A stretch of 64,000 nt of DNA from Podarcis bocagei (taxonomy: Eukaryota), in assembly GCA_964188305.1 (NCBI GenBank), contig OZ076890.1, one strand, 5' to 3'. The notes under the pieces are model-generated. The model saw only the letters and a program-made list of their open reading frames with translations, did no database searches and was not told where the DNA came from. Position numbers and translations under genes: made by a program. Below, in pieces: positions 35,333-51,100 of the stretch; positions within the stretch are counted from its first letter, which is position 1; each line of letters starts with the position of its first letter.

Positions 35333-36617
35333 TACTGCATTGCTCAAGAAAGTCTCCCCACGACCAAATTGCGTATTTTAAAAAATTGGTGTGCAATTAT
35401 TGAAAACAACAGCAACCACACTGTGCTCTGCCACCCAGATCCTAACACCTCAGTAGAGCAAGCGCGTTCATTGTCACTTACTTGCATAAAAGTATTCTAA
35501 TACAGTATAATCCGTAGCATGTCTACTCAGAAGTAAACCCCATTAAGTTCAGAGGGATTCGCTCCCAGGTTAGGCGACAATTAACTCCACTTACCTGGGA
35601 GTAAGTCCCACAGAACTCACAGAGATGTATTTCAGAGTAGATTTGGTTAGGATTACACTGTTAGTGTGGATAGGATTGTGCTGCAGGGTTATAATCTTTA
35701 AACATGTTTATCCATAAGTAAAGTAATGTTAGCTTTTCTGCTTTAATCTGCTCTAGAAGTAGTGATTAAATAGGTGTAATATAATTGATCATGCAATATT
35801 CATAAGAAAACCAGAAACAGTAATAAGACCATGCGCTGCGGGTTTTCAGTTCTGACTGAATAAGAACAGCCAACGCCAAGGAAAGCTGAAAATCTCCAGG
35901 TTTTTCCCGCTGCTACAGAAGGAGACGGCTGCCTTCGGCAAACGCTGATTGATAGTAAACAGGGGTTTGTGCTCATGGCACGTTAAAAGGTGCGTGAAGT
36001 TTTTCAGCTGAAAGAGAAAGAGAGGGAGTGTGTGTGAATATACAAAGCCCTCGGATTCTACTGCTTGGTGGTTCTGTGCAAGACGGCTAAGTTTTGATTT
36101 AAGCGATCCACAGTTGCGTCACGGGCGTTTTAGTATTCTGAAGCTGGGCTGGGAGGTGACTAAACGTGAAAGGCAGAAGCGGGATACCTTTATAAATGAA
36201 GCGAGTCCCGTTAAGATCGAGTGGAAAGGTCTTTAAACCCGAACTGGACTCTGGATTCTAAGCACACTGACTTACTTCTTCTTAGTGCGAGAGTCCTCCG
36301 GCTTAACCAGGCTGTGGCGTTCCCCACCACTACTTTGGCGGCGCCCCAAACCAAGCGCCATCAGGGCAGAATCTGGAGGGCCCCCCAAGCGCAGCAGGGT
36401 CACATTTTGAAATCGCACGTAACGCATCCTAATAGAGGTGAAGGCCACTAAGTCCGCAGGCTACAATTTACCCAGTTGCCCCTCTCTAGCCCGAGTCCTC
36501 CGCAGTAGTTGCGTTTAGAGAGGGGTTGTGAGCCCCACGCGCCATTTTCTATTTCCCCATATAAGTTAACCAACAGGGCAAATGGCAATGATGGAGCAGT
36601 GCTAGCAGAGCAGGATA

Positions 36618-36843
36618 CAGTGGTACCTCGGGTTAAGTACTTAATTCGTTCTGGAGGTCCGTACTTAACCTGAAACTGTTCTTAACCCGAAGCACCACTT
36701 TAGCTAATGAGGCCTCCTGCTGCCGCCGCGCCGCCGCTGCACGATTTCTGTGCGCATCCTGAAGCAAAATTCTTAACCCGAGGTAATATTTCTGGGTTAG
36801 CAGAGTCTGTAACCTGAAGCGTATGTAACCCGAGGTACCACTG
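36618..36843 (-). mobile_element. Tc1/mariner-type MITE, copy B (inverted relative to copy A)
   Basis: Same TIRs and TA TSD; the interior is a diverged reverse complement of 35106-35332. Confidence 0.88.
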
Positions 36844-38469
36844 TATTTAAAGCGCACACGACATACATTTAAAGCAAAGCAACTGAATCATGGAGACCGT
36901 AGTTTTTCCCTCCTTCCCTACATGTCCCAGCACCCTTCATAAACTACAGTTCCCAGGATTTCCGTGGGGGGTGCTTTCAATGCAGCTATGACACCTTTGT
37001 ATTTTATTTTGAGCTGATAACTATACGATTATAAACGGGGGCTTATGCGAGGAAGAACCTCTAGGAAAGCGTTATCATATGTATGCCTTTCTTTCTGGAC
37101 CGAGGTTCCAGGTTTGCTTACTTTTTTAAAAAGTCATTCATTAAGCAGCTGGCCTCCCCTTTTGGTTTAATCATTACGAAGCGGGCTGTTTTTAAATGTC
37201 CATTTTCCTCGCTACGCGGTGTCACACTTTAACCATGGCGTGTCCCCAACCTGGAGGGACCTGGATGCGGGCGGGGGGGGGGCGCTTTACTTCCTAAAGT
37301 GTTCCTCTTTCCCCCTCTCCTATTGTGGAGGGAAAAGAAAAGTAAACACCCGCGGAGAGAGAGGGGGGAGGGAGGAGGGAGAGGAAAGGAAAACGAAGGC
37401 ATCCTGTTCTATATTTTTGTTTTACAGCAATAAACGGTCGGACATGAAAACATGCGCACACACAAAATCCAAGCACAGCGGCGGGTGGTGTTACAGAGCC
37501 GAGATCTGACGCGGGTCTCTGCCTCCTGCCTGGACTTTAAGTCGTGGATCACGAAGGTCAGCGCAAAAGCTCAGGGGCGAAAGGGGAGAAAGTCGAGCGC
37601 GATATTAGATCCTGGGGAGCAGCTGGGGATTCTCACTGCGGGGCTCGGGGACTCCGCCGGGTCAGTCGAGAAACCTCGCCAGCATCTGCTGAAAAGGCTC
37701 TCGGTCTGATCCCCCGATCTGTAAGAGCTGAAGAGCCAGGATTTATGTCGGTCAGCGCTCCCGCGTTCAGCCCGCAAAGGGCCCGCTCATAAAGGCGGTT
37801 TACTTGCACGTAAGACCCAGGGCGTTCAATGAGGCCGACGGCCTTCAGGCGTCTCTTCGGGGTCGCAGGCGGCCTTAGCGGCCACCTGTTTCATGCAGGA
37901 TCAGGCTTCAGCGGAGGCTGGGGCTGCCTAAGCCCAGGGGAGCCGGGGGTTCAAAGGCATTTCCTCCTCCCAGCGGTGCTACGGTTTCCTTGCTCCTCAA
38001 CTCCCCCCAACCACACTTCTTCCTTCGCCCCCGCTAGTCAAGAGAAATGCCCAGCCAGGCTGCTGCGGGAACCTCTCCTAAGTACCAGGCAGAAAAACAA
38101 GGGAAGTGCAGCAGATCTCTTGGAAAGTGCCATATTTTAAAAGGAAGGAAGGAGGGGGGGCGAAGACATTTATTTCGATACATTATATACGGGCGAATCT
38201 AAATTAATATTCCATATAGAGTTGCGTTTGCATTTATTGCACACCATACAAACCATTACGTCTAGAGAAATCCGCAAACTGGGGGAGTAGGTGGTTTTGT
38301 TCTTGTTTAATGTATTTATTTGGGCCATAGGACACTCTTAAGTGATTGCTGTCGGTAGCAGATTGCAGTGGGTTTAAATTTTCCAGTGCAATCCTGTTTT
38401 TGGACTGGTAACTCTGAATCTGGGCAGTTTCGGTGGGATTTTCTGGTTATAAAGGCCTGGAAACCCTTA

Positions 38470-38863
38470 CAGGGTTAGCAAACCTTTTCACAGCAGGTGG
38501 CCGGTCCACTGTCTCTCAGACCTTGTGGGGGGCCGGACTATATTTTTTTGGGGGGAAATGAACAGATTCCTATGCCCCACAAGTAACCCAGAGATGCATT
38601 TTAAATAAAAAGCACACATTCTACTCATGCAAAAACACCAGGCAGGCCCCACAAATAACCCAGAGATGCATTTTAAATAAAAGGACACATTCTACTCGTG
38701 TAAAAACACCAGGCAGGCCCCACAAATAACCCAGAGATGCATTTTAAATAAAGGGCACATTCTTCTCATGTAAAAACACGCTGATTCCCGGACAGTCCGC
38801 GGGCCGGATTTAGAAGGTGATTGGGCCGGATCCGGGCCCCGGGCCTTAGTTCGCCTACCCATG
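38470..38863. mobile_element. hAT-like MITE with three internal ~71-bp tandem units
   Basis: Imperfect TIRs CAGGGTTAGCAAAC / GTTCGCCTACCCATG. Units GCCCCACAAATAACCCAGAGATGCATTTTAAATAAA... start at 38574, 38646 and 38717. No clear TSD. Confidence 0.7.
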
Positions 38864-41276
38864 CACGTAGCCGGAGCCCTTGTTCTTGAAAGATACACGA
38901 AAAGGCAGATAATCTCTCTTTCTCTCTCTCTCTCTCCTCCCGCCCTTCCTTTTTCTTTTCTGTCTCTTTGCTTATGAAAACCAAATCCACCCGAAGTGAC
39001 ATTCCCTCCACGCATCCCGGACGACTGTGAGTTGCTAGCAACGACAGAGACAGAGAGAAAGCGAAACCCCTTGCAATAAATAGCTTGTGGTTTGCAACAT
39101 GTTTTTCCTGGGGACAAATGAGGAACATCCGTCAGGGAGGTCCCACCGAACTTTCCGCTTTCCTACTGTACTTAACAGATCCCCAACTTTGAAAAGAACT
39201 GCTGAATACGAAAGTTAAAAGAACCACCCCCGCCCCCAGAAACCCGGCAATTAATAAACCTGATTACATTGATTTATAGTCCCAAAGGGGGTTTCGGGGG
39301 ACCGCCACGTCCTGTTTTGAAGAGAGCTGAGGCTCCAGTCTTAACCCCGTTCACCTGGAACTTAGCCCCATTGAATTCAACAGGGCTTACACAGCAATCG
39401 TTACCGTGTCTACTTAGAAGTAAATCCAACTGAATCCGTGAGCCTAAAATGGTTTCCCCCTATAATTTTAATTGCCCTCCAGGTTTCCCGGTCCTTTAGA
39501 AAAAGTGACCAGGCCAGTTGCGACCCCCAGAACCAGCTCCCTTCAAAAAACCAGACACTATCCAAATTTATTCCTCTTTCATTAAAATGTTATTATCAAG
39601 CGATCCTTTCCTGAAAGGGCTGAAGGATGGAACTGGGATGCAGTGAAGTCATCCCAAATCGGAGCACGCACGCACACAAAATCGCCCACATATTTGTGCA
39701 CCTTCACTTCTCAACACAGGGAGTCTGGCTAATTTCTAGGAGGAGCGCGGAAGAAATTGAACAAAAATGGATCAAAATTATCTCTCCGATATTACTCAAT
39801 TCCTATGTTTTAAGATAGGTGGAGAATCTTTTCAAAGTTTACAATCACCTTTTGTAAGCATGGCAGAATTATCGAATCTCCCTGCTGTTAACTTGGTACT
39901 TTATTCACACTTTTTAATTTATGAAATAAGGGAGAAAGAGGAGCAGCCCAATCTTCCCCGTTTACTGGGGAAGTAAGTCCTGCTGAGTCCAGTGCGATTT
40001 ATTCTAGGAATGCCCAGGAATACAGAATCAGCGGCAGCCCTAGATCCACTTCCCTGGGAGTAAAATCTGTTGAACTCAATGGGACCTACTTCTGACTAGA
40101 CATGCTAAGTATTGCAGCGTCCTTAGCTTTTGCAAGTTCAGATGTTCTCTGTTTAATGGATCTTTGTTAAAGCTAGACTTTGCCGGTATATCTCCGCAGC
40201 AGGAACACGCACATGCTGGCAAACTTTTCCCCCCTGGTGCTTCGGTTGGACAACTTGGTATACGCCTTTAGAATCTGACTGGCAGTCAATGTTAGGGCTG
40301 CAATCCCATGCCCAGTTTCCTGGGAGTAAGCTCTGTTTAACTTAATGGGCTTTCCTACAATCCTCAAAGTACTTACTCCCGAGTAACACCAACGAACTTT
40401 ATGAAATGCCGAACAAGCCGAATGAGGCTGGAGACGCAATCGCCTTAACACCCACCCAGAACTCGTCTTAAACGGGGCTGGAAAATCGGGGCTTTTGAGG
40501 TGTCTATTCTTTTCTTAACCTCCACGGTCTCGAGACAGGCCAAACTAGCACTTGATTTGGGATATTTTCTTTAGGCAAACTGCCTCAAGTTATCAAGGCA
40601 GAGGGGGGGGGGGGGGAAGCGTGAACAAACTGCACGTCCGGTTGTTACTTCCTCCGACTGAAAAATGCGCAGCTCAAACGCACCTTTTCAAGTGAGCAGG
40701 GATTACGGACAGTTTCGGGTCCACTAAGAAACTGCCACTGAAATCATTGGGACTAATTGCTTCCTTGTGTAGGATTGTGGCGTTTTTTTTTGGGGGGGGG
40801 AATGAAACCTTGGATTCAAAGCCTATGAAATAAAATGCCGAGGACTGGAGAAATGAGGGCATCCTTTTGCTGAAGGAACCGCAGCTTTGCCTGAAAATCT
40901 AGCCAAAGAAATTGAAATGATGTAGCTGGCTATTCTTAAGCAACCTCCCACAATGCCTCTTCTCTGAGTTAATTTTAAGAAGCGAAGGGGAAATATCCCA
41001 AAGAGAATTCTTAGCCAGCAGGAGCCCTGGTGACTTGGGAAGAGCAGATTCCCGAAGCTACTTGCCTTCCTTCCGACGGGATAGGGCTTTTTATAGTGTG
41101 CTTACAGCTATAGCAAACGCTTGATCAAATGAAAACAAAACAAACAAAACTCTCGGCTTTCCAGGCATCAGATGCAAAATGAGCGCATTAGAACAGGCCT
41201 CCTCATTCAGGCCAGAGTTGCCCGCAAGCAGGAATGAAAAGGTAAACCCAATTGATTTCAATATAAGCTTTTTTTT

Positions 41277-41338
41277 GGCAGGGGGTTGGACTCGATGGCC
41301 CTTGTGGTCTCTTCCAACTCTATGATTCTATGATTCTA
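41277..41338 (+). mobile_element. CR1 3'-end fragment
   Basis: GGGGGTTGGACTCGATGGCC...CCAACTCTATGATTCTATGATTCTA. Confidence 0.8.
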
Positions 41339-44329
41339 AAAGATTAGGCTAGAAATAGGACAACAATTTATACTGTAAGCTTCCTGGGGCAGGGAACTAT
41401 TTGTTACAGTGTAATACACCATGTACACTGCTTAGATAATAATCAACATTGATAGAATACCAGCCTCAAGTACATCAACTTGCAAGCAAGCCCCCTTGAT
41501 TTCAGTGTGATCATCAGTGCAATCCTATACCTGCCTACTCAGAAGTAAGTCCCTTTGACTTCGATGGCACATACTCCTAATTAAGTGTGCATAGAATCCT
41601 AGACATACTTTCACGGGAGTAAGTTCCATTTAACTCAATGGCATTTACTTTCGGCAACTTTCATTAAACTGTACTTTTATTAAGTATGCGTAGGACTCCG
41701 GCCTTAAGAAGAGAGATACAAAACAAAGCAAAAAAACAAAACAAAAACCTGTCTCAAACCACTCTTAACTATATAGTTTGTTCGAAGGCAGGACATATTT
41801 CCAAATCCGAGTGTACAAATAAAACGTCTGCTATCAACATTAGAGCGGCTCAGGTGTAAGGGTGACTTCCTTTCTGACCCAGCGATTGTTAAACCATAAA
41901 ACGAAAAATGAAAGTCTATTTTCCCGTCTCTGGAGGAAGTGATCCTACGAAATGCGGAAGTTAGAAGACTCAAGCGAGTAAGCCAAGCCACAAGGCAATC
42001 TCCACCAAATGGCAGGTGCATTTTATTTTAGGGTTTAGGATTGTAGGGGAAGAAAACGCAAGGACAATACATTTAATCTGACGCAACCCTGCCTCCAGAG
42101 GGATAGAGGTGGGTAAGTCATCTCTCTCTGTGTGTCTCTCTTTGTAAAGGAGAATGAACATTATTTAAAGCAGTGCGCGGGGCTTATCAGAGCAGAGAGG
42201 CTGCTTTGAGCAGCTGTCTGCGGCGCTGGATGGAACTAATTATATCTCCTGCCGTCAGCTCAGCTCAGCTCGATTCCCGGCTGGCGCTGCCCACCACCCA
42301 AGCCGGCTGAGCGCTTGTTTACAGCGGAGGCTAAGACGCAAATCTCCCTGCGACTCCTGTCAATTTCAAGGCTGGCGCTGAGGAGGGGTTTCCGCCGAAA
42401 GCGCGGCCCTGCAAGCGATCTCAGCTTTTCAGTTTGTACTGCAAGTCCAGTTATACTGCTAGCTAATCGTATACCTAGGAATTGCCACTGATCTCGCCAC
42501 AGGGGCCCCTCTAATTCCAGTAGGGCGCATTTTAAAGTAGATATCCTAGAATAGCAGGCCTTGCGCCTAAGGTATTTAGATTGCAATCAATCGACTTTAC
42601 TATTATTATTTTTTAAGCGCACAACTCAACTTATTACTGAGTCAGACCATGTAGCACAATATTCTAACTGGGAGCACTTTTCCAAGGCTGCAAAAAGCCA
42701 TACCTGGAGACACCCCGAGTTGAACTGGGACCGTCTGAGTCTAAATGGGTTTAGGGTGCTGGCTTTGCGAGAGCGGGTTTGAGATCGTGTGCGACTCTCC
42801 GAACCCCCAATTCAGCTGATCTGTTTTACAGTATAAGAAAGCTTAAATTAAATCATTCCGCCTTAACCTTCAAATAAAATTATTCTGGCTGCAATTTCGC
42901 ACACACTTCTGAATAGGCACGCATAGAATTGCACTGCTCAGTCATTTCCTCTTGCATCTGTTCACTTAGATCCTCAGCACATTTACTTAGGAGTAAGCGC
43001 CGTTGCTTTATATGACTCATAAAGTAAAAAAATTGTAATCACGCCTCAGGTTGGAGGGAAGTGAGTTTACTTTCCAGCTCCTCCCCACTCGATCGCCCTC
43101 GGGCTGTCGAGTCCTTTATCTGCTCAATTTAGCTTGTTTTGCTAGTTAAAGATACGGAGAGCAGGACTGTTGTCTATTTTTCACCTGCACGATTTTCGGG
43201 ATGGTATATACGATTCAGGCAACAAGCGAGCAAATCTGTAGTGTTGGTAGGCCTTTGATCTTGGAAAACTTGACACTTTTCCCCCTAGACCGTGAGATAC
43301 AAAATGTAATCTTACAAAGTTTTCTTTTTCTTCCCTGAGTCTGACAAACCATGGACTGTTGGTGGAAACCCCAGCAGTCATGGCTAAAACACGGGTCTCC
43401 CCTTTTTCTGGAACGTTACACACATCTCCCCCTCTTTCTTCTAAATATTGCTAGCAAAGTTTAGTTAAAGGGTTTATTTTGCTGTGCTTTTATGGTGAAT
43501 TGTCTGACAATTGACTGACAAATCCTGTCTTGTCTTCCTCCCACAGAAGTCCTATCAGATGCAGTACATGTGACATCGGAAGGATTTGTATTTTTAATGG
43601 TGGAAAGTGCTTCACTGTCCCGGCTGCAATGGCCATTTCTCTCCTGCAAGTCTCTTGACTTCAGCAGGACTACTCCAGCACTAAATGCGTTGCAGATTGC
43701 TGCAAATACCTTTTATTTCTGCACTCAGGCTTCCGTGTCTGGTATTAAAGAACTCTCAGTCCGATGTTAAACACGTTTCGTTAAGCAAAAGGCCACTGAA
43801 GTTATTTTAAAGAAACGCCGTTTGGGGTTCTTGGGCCACAATCTACAATTTTTGAAACTTCAGAGTAGTCCTACAAAAAGTCACGGAAATCGCTCCCAAA
43901 AGCAAAGTGCTTCACTGCAACTAACAAACATAGGAACAAGGGAGAATGGGGGCGGGGGGGCTGGTCGCGTCCGTGGGGCTGAACAAGTTATTCAGCTGGT
44001 GGTGTCAGAGAGTGGCCACCCAAAACGTTGCAAATCGAGCTCTGAGTGTCTTTCTAACTGTGTGCAGAGAACTAAACGCCGGCCTCTCCAAGGCAACCCC
44101 GAGAGCTCACTACAGCCTCCGCTGACAATCGAGTAAGACCCTAAGAAGCCCCTGGATTGGCCCCAAATATTTAGCCCGTGGTTCTCTTTCGGGTCCTCCT
44201 AAAAGCCAACTGGTGCCTCCAGACCAGGATTTTGGGGCGCACGTCCAGGATACCCCCTCGACAGAATTAACCCCAGTAGGGTTAGCTGACCCACCTTTGA
44301 AGCTGAATGCAGTGGCCCCCTAAGGAGGC

Positions 44330-46400
<2,071 letters not shown>

Positions 46401-48054
46401 ACCTAAAGCAGCGGTCCTCAGAGCACTGAACTCCCCGCAATTTGTTTACTTCTGAATAAACGTGCTTAGGATCTGATCGCGCTAGAAGTTAAGGTTCCTT
46501 TGGTCGGTTAAAGGTCCTTAAGTTGCACTAGTTTCCACTCAACTGACCAAGCTTGTTACCTATTAAACTGGGAGTGAGGCTTCAGCGGTTTCTGAGCAAC
46601 CATATTAGTTAATGGATCCTGACTGGGTTATTAATAATACATTCCATTAAAACGGTGGGATTTCCCCTCTAGTGAGCAAGAAGAAAGTTTGGGGTGTAAA
46701 ATCCCCTCTGGACTCCCAAGCATGTTATGAAAGAGCGGATCAGCATTACTTAGGCGCCCATCCTTGACTCACTTCTCTGCCCCACTGAACTCAATGAGGC
46801 TGGCTTCTGAGTTGACAAGCATACGATTGTGCTGTTAGTTAATCGTGTCCTCCTCTTCCAAGTATATATGCAACCCCTAGGTCTGTTACCAGACTTCAAC
46901 TCCCCGTCGACCTAGTTGATTGCTCACCCCTATTCCCAATGTTCATAGGGATGCGCGATCCTGCACACACGTCTCTGAGGGTCTGTCCCGCGCAACTCTG
47001 TGGGACTTTCTTCTGAGTTTAGATTTGCGGGTCCCCAATAGCTCTAAGACTCACTAACGCAGAGGCCCAGATCTACTCGAGAGGCGGAATGGGGAAATCC
47101 AGTAACTTGGCCTACACTCAGCCTTTGGGACCCAGCATACAGACCCAACGGCCCATCATCTCTGGCCGTTAGCTGAGCTTCCTTGGGTATGATGTGGGCT
47201 CTTCTCCAAGAACTCAGAAGTATATGATTTTCTGCAATCCTATACACACTCACTGGATAGGAAGCTTCATTTAACACCGTGGGATTTCCATCCATTGAAT
47301 TGCCCTAGCAATACAGGGTCCTATGAGCTTACTCAGAAGTCACTCTTCCCCGGGAGTGAGCTCCACGGAACGCAGTGGGAGAGACTTTTGTGTACATACG
47401 TGCAACCCAGGAGGAAGCCTGAAAAGGCCATATCTCCTTCGCCTACAAGCCTATCTTGCGCCCAAGTGACTTCCTGCAGGAAAGTCGCATGCGCCAGGCA
47501 ATGTACCCCGAAGTGTCGCCCATCGAGGCCACCACGATCCCAGGCCCACTTTAACTGCGCTGCCGGCGGTGGAATTCATCCCACCTACGGACTGCTCAGC
47601 GGCAGGCGGCTGGCGAGGACCGCGCTTGTCCGTCCTCTGCAGCAATCAGGCACGCCTTGGGATTGTAGGGGATGGTGGAGGGGCCGCCGTCGAGCAACGC
47701 GGCTGGCGGCTCTGGGACCAGCGAGGAGGGTTGGGTGTGCTGGTGATTAGGGGTTCCAAACTCTCCGATCTGGAGCTTGACCTCACAAAAAGGATGGATC
47801 TGCTATTGAGGCAAACTGACCGGCTTTACGCAATCAATGGACAGGAGCCACTGACAGTCTTTAGGGCAGATGGTGGGGAGCCTGTGGCCCTTCCAATGTT
47901 CTTGGACTCCAACTCCCATCAACCGCAGCCAGCATAGGGAATTGTTGGGGATGGCGGGAGCTGTAGCAACCTTCTCCTTTGGAACCCGATCGCGTTGCTA
48001 TATTCCATAGCCTTCCTTTTCTCTGCCGCTCGATCCTAAAGACTATATTTACTT

Positions 48055-48194
48055 ATAGAATCATGGCAGAGTTGGAAGAGACCTGAGGATCATTTAATCC
48101 AACTCCCTGCAATGCAGGAATATGTAGCTGGCCCGCACGAGGATCGAACCCACGACCTGGGCGTTGTCAGCACCACGCTCTAACACGTGAGCTA
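48055..48194 (-). mobile_element. tRNA-derived SINE with a CR1-like tail
   Basis: Minus strand reads TAGCTCAC..TTAGAGCGTGGTGCTGACAACGCCCAGGTCGTGGGTTCGATCC (A and B boxes), then GCAGGGAGTTGGATTAAATGATCC...CCAACTCT..ATGATTCTA. Confidence 0.75.
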
Positions 48195-51100
48195 ACCACC
48201 TTGAATATTTGAAAGTAAGCTGCGCGAATTAATGCGTGCAGCTCGATCCTATATATGCTTGCCTAGAAGCAAGTTCCTCTGAATTCAGTAGGTCTTGCAG
48301 GCTGAGCGGGCGCCTTCTTTCCAAGCGAAGATGCTCGGAAGAAGGGAGGTACCTGCGCCCCAATCTGCCTACTTACACATAGTATTACCTGAACGAGAGA
48401 CGGACAGACAGGGAATACCGTAGTTAGCCCCACGGAACTTACATCTGAGCAAATATGCATCCGTTTAATCTCTATTCAACATGGAGTATCTTCTTAGGCG
48501 TTTTTAGACGCGCAGAAATGGTCTAAATAGCAGTGTAAGTAACACAGTGTATATATGCTTTTGAGTAGTCCGATTAAATTCGACGGGACTGTCCTGGCGT
48601 AAGCAGGACTGTGGTTTGCGGCTCTGGGTTCCTTCCCATCAGCTCGCTGCTGCTGCTTTGCCCGAGTCCTCTGACAATGCATCTGCTTTGTGAATTCATT
48701 CCTCGCACACTGACCTTAGCGAGGAGGATTCCGAGGTGTTTTCTGAAGCCTGCAGAGGAATCGGATGGAAATCTACATCCTGCGAAGCTCCCCGCTCTCT
48801 CCCTCCCTCCCTCACACACATACACAAGGCACACACTCTGTCAGCCCTAAGCAAGTTTTATTGCAAGTGAACCCCATGACGCTTACTTCCGAGGAAGCGC
48901 GGCTCTGCTCGCATCTGAAACGCCTCTCATAGGGAAATCCGATTGTCTTCCCAACCCTGCTGCGTCCTTTTGACTTTCAGGGCTTGGAGGGGGACACTTC
49001 CCCAGCAAAGCTGCTCTGTGTCTACACCCGGCCTCTGCCAGGGGCTCCGTTGCGCCTTTAGGCGAGAATCGCGCAAGAAAGGCTTTTAGGGCACCGCTCG
49101 AGGCAATTCCTCCGCAGCCTGGGCCGCGGTCTCACCTGCGCTTGGAAGGCAGGCCTATTGAATGAACCAAACTTCCTGGTACATCTTCCCTGCTCCCTGG
49201 GAAGTGGATAGAAACGCTTTTAAAAGCCTTAACACCATCCTTCAGATTTGGAAGTAGCGCCTGCATGGCAGAAGGAGCCATTGGTAGCCGCGCATTTCTC
49301 AGGTCAACAGATTGCAAACATCGTATTAACACCAGCAATTTAATCCATTATGGGCCACTTATTTAATTCTTTTGAATATTACGGAACATGAGGCGCATTT
49401 AATAACACTTTAAAATAGGTGATTCGTAGTTCAATCCTAACCTCGTCTACTCAGAAGTAAGCCGTATTGAATCCAGTGGTTTTACTCCCAGGTACTTGGG
49501 AGGGTTAGTATGGCAGCCTACGAGCTCCGATGACTTTAGCAAGGTTTATTTCCGAGTAGACACGTGTAGGGTTGCGCTGTTAATATATTTCCTTGCTTAC
49601 GGTGCGAGGAGCTGAGGCAGCCTATCTGCTTTCTCTGGGCTGGTATTATTGACAGTAGTAGGACTTTCTTCCTCACAAAATTACATAAGATCAACGACTA
49701 CGAGACTAGACATCCCACCCCCCTCTCCAACACACATACAATGAGTGACACGTCGCGCTTTTGTGACAGTTAATGACATGGGACTAAACCGGCTTTATTC
49801 TCCATTTAGAGGGTTTAGGATCCCGGGTGGTGCAGACCTACCAAACAATTGCTCTCAGCAGTTGGGAAGAAAATGAGTGTGTGTGAGCGCTGCTGCGCTT
49901 AAACCACTCTCTGAAATCACTTAGTTGGTTGGCCGTTGACTTCCGCAGGAATCAAGGAGCCTTGCTTCCACCTAAAGTAAACCCTTTGCGCTTTTCCTAT
50001 TGACAATCCCCAAAGCCACAGAATACAATCCGGATGGCTAAGGCTTGGGCTTCGCTCTCTGGAGACAGAAGTGCTGCTTCTGTGTATGTGGAAACAGAGT
50101 AGACACAGGTAGGATCACAGATCTGTTCCTGGACTAGCCGGGATGGAACATTTGGGTTTAAACCGCTTTGTCCCAGTTTTCTGCAAAAATGTGCTCCATG
50201 AGTTGGAAACCAAGCCGGCTCCAGATCGTTGGCAAAAGTTCTCAGGCGGTTCCACACATTAGGCTTTCTCTCTCTTAAGAGTGTCTGATTTTGCTGCACA
50301 CACCACGACACGAAAAACATATTTTCTACGTCTGTAACTTTCAACTTCGCGGTGGTGAGACCGACTAATTCGGCTGAACAGGACACGAATAGCGGGACAG
50401 CGGGACTTTGCTCTTAGGAAAGAGTTAGACAAACGACGCATTCTGTATTAAGTATTCCTTAAATAGGTTTAGCATAATCAGAGCTGGCTCTTTTAAACTG
50501 TGACTTGTGAGGGTCAGAGAGAGAACTCCTGAACAATCCTGGTTCAGCAAGGCGTCGAAAGCGCTTCTCTTACACCCGGTTTGGAGTCCTGCAAAATAAC
50601 ACCACCACCATATTTCCTGAGGGGGTCACAGATTAACAGACCCTCCCAAAGAGACCCCCTTCTAAGCAAACCTCCAGCCCGAAAGTGACTGCTTTTGTCC
50701 AAGATCGCTGCCTAGGACGATAAACAGAAATAAATTAAATGGCCCGGTAATAAAAGATCAGCTTCTTCTAAAATAAACAGCGACAGTTTGGTATTAACGA
50801 CGGTTCCTGCTTGACTGGCCTGACCAGCCAAACCAGAGCGCTCCGATTTAGACTCACTTCGTGCCCTCCAAGCAAATGAGAGACTATTGTTTTGTTTTGT
50901 TTTGTGTTTTGTTTTTAAAGGGGGAGGGTGTCCTTAACTGGGTTATGGGTAGACTTGTAAGAGTTATTCAAGGAGCACAGGGTCAGGCTGAAAACAAGGT
51001 AAGGGGGAAAGGCGGAAAATGGAATATACCCAATCCCGAATCCCCAGAAGCAGAGTATTTTGGTAGTGATGCGTCAGAATATTACTATTGCAGAAGTTTT

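Noticed and set aside
48130-48194. tRNA gene
   Set aside because: The A and B boxes are fused to a CR1-like tail and there is no intact cloverleaf, so it is a SINE head. The same applies to the Sauria SINE heads.
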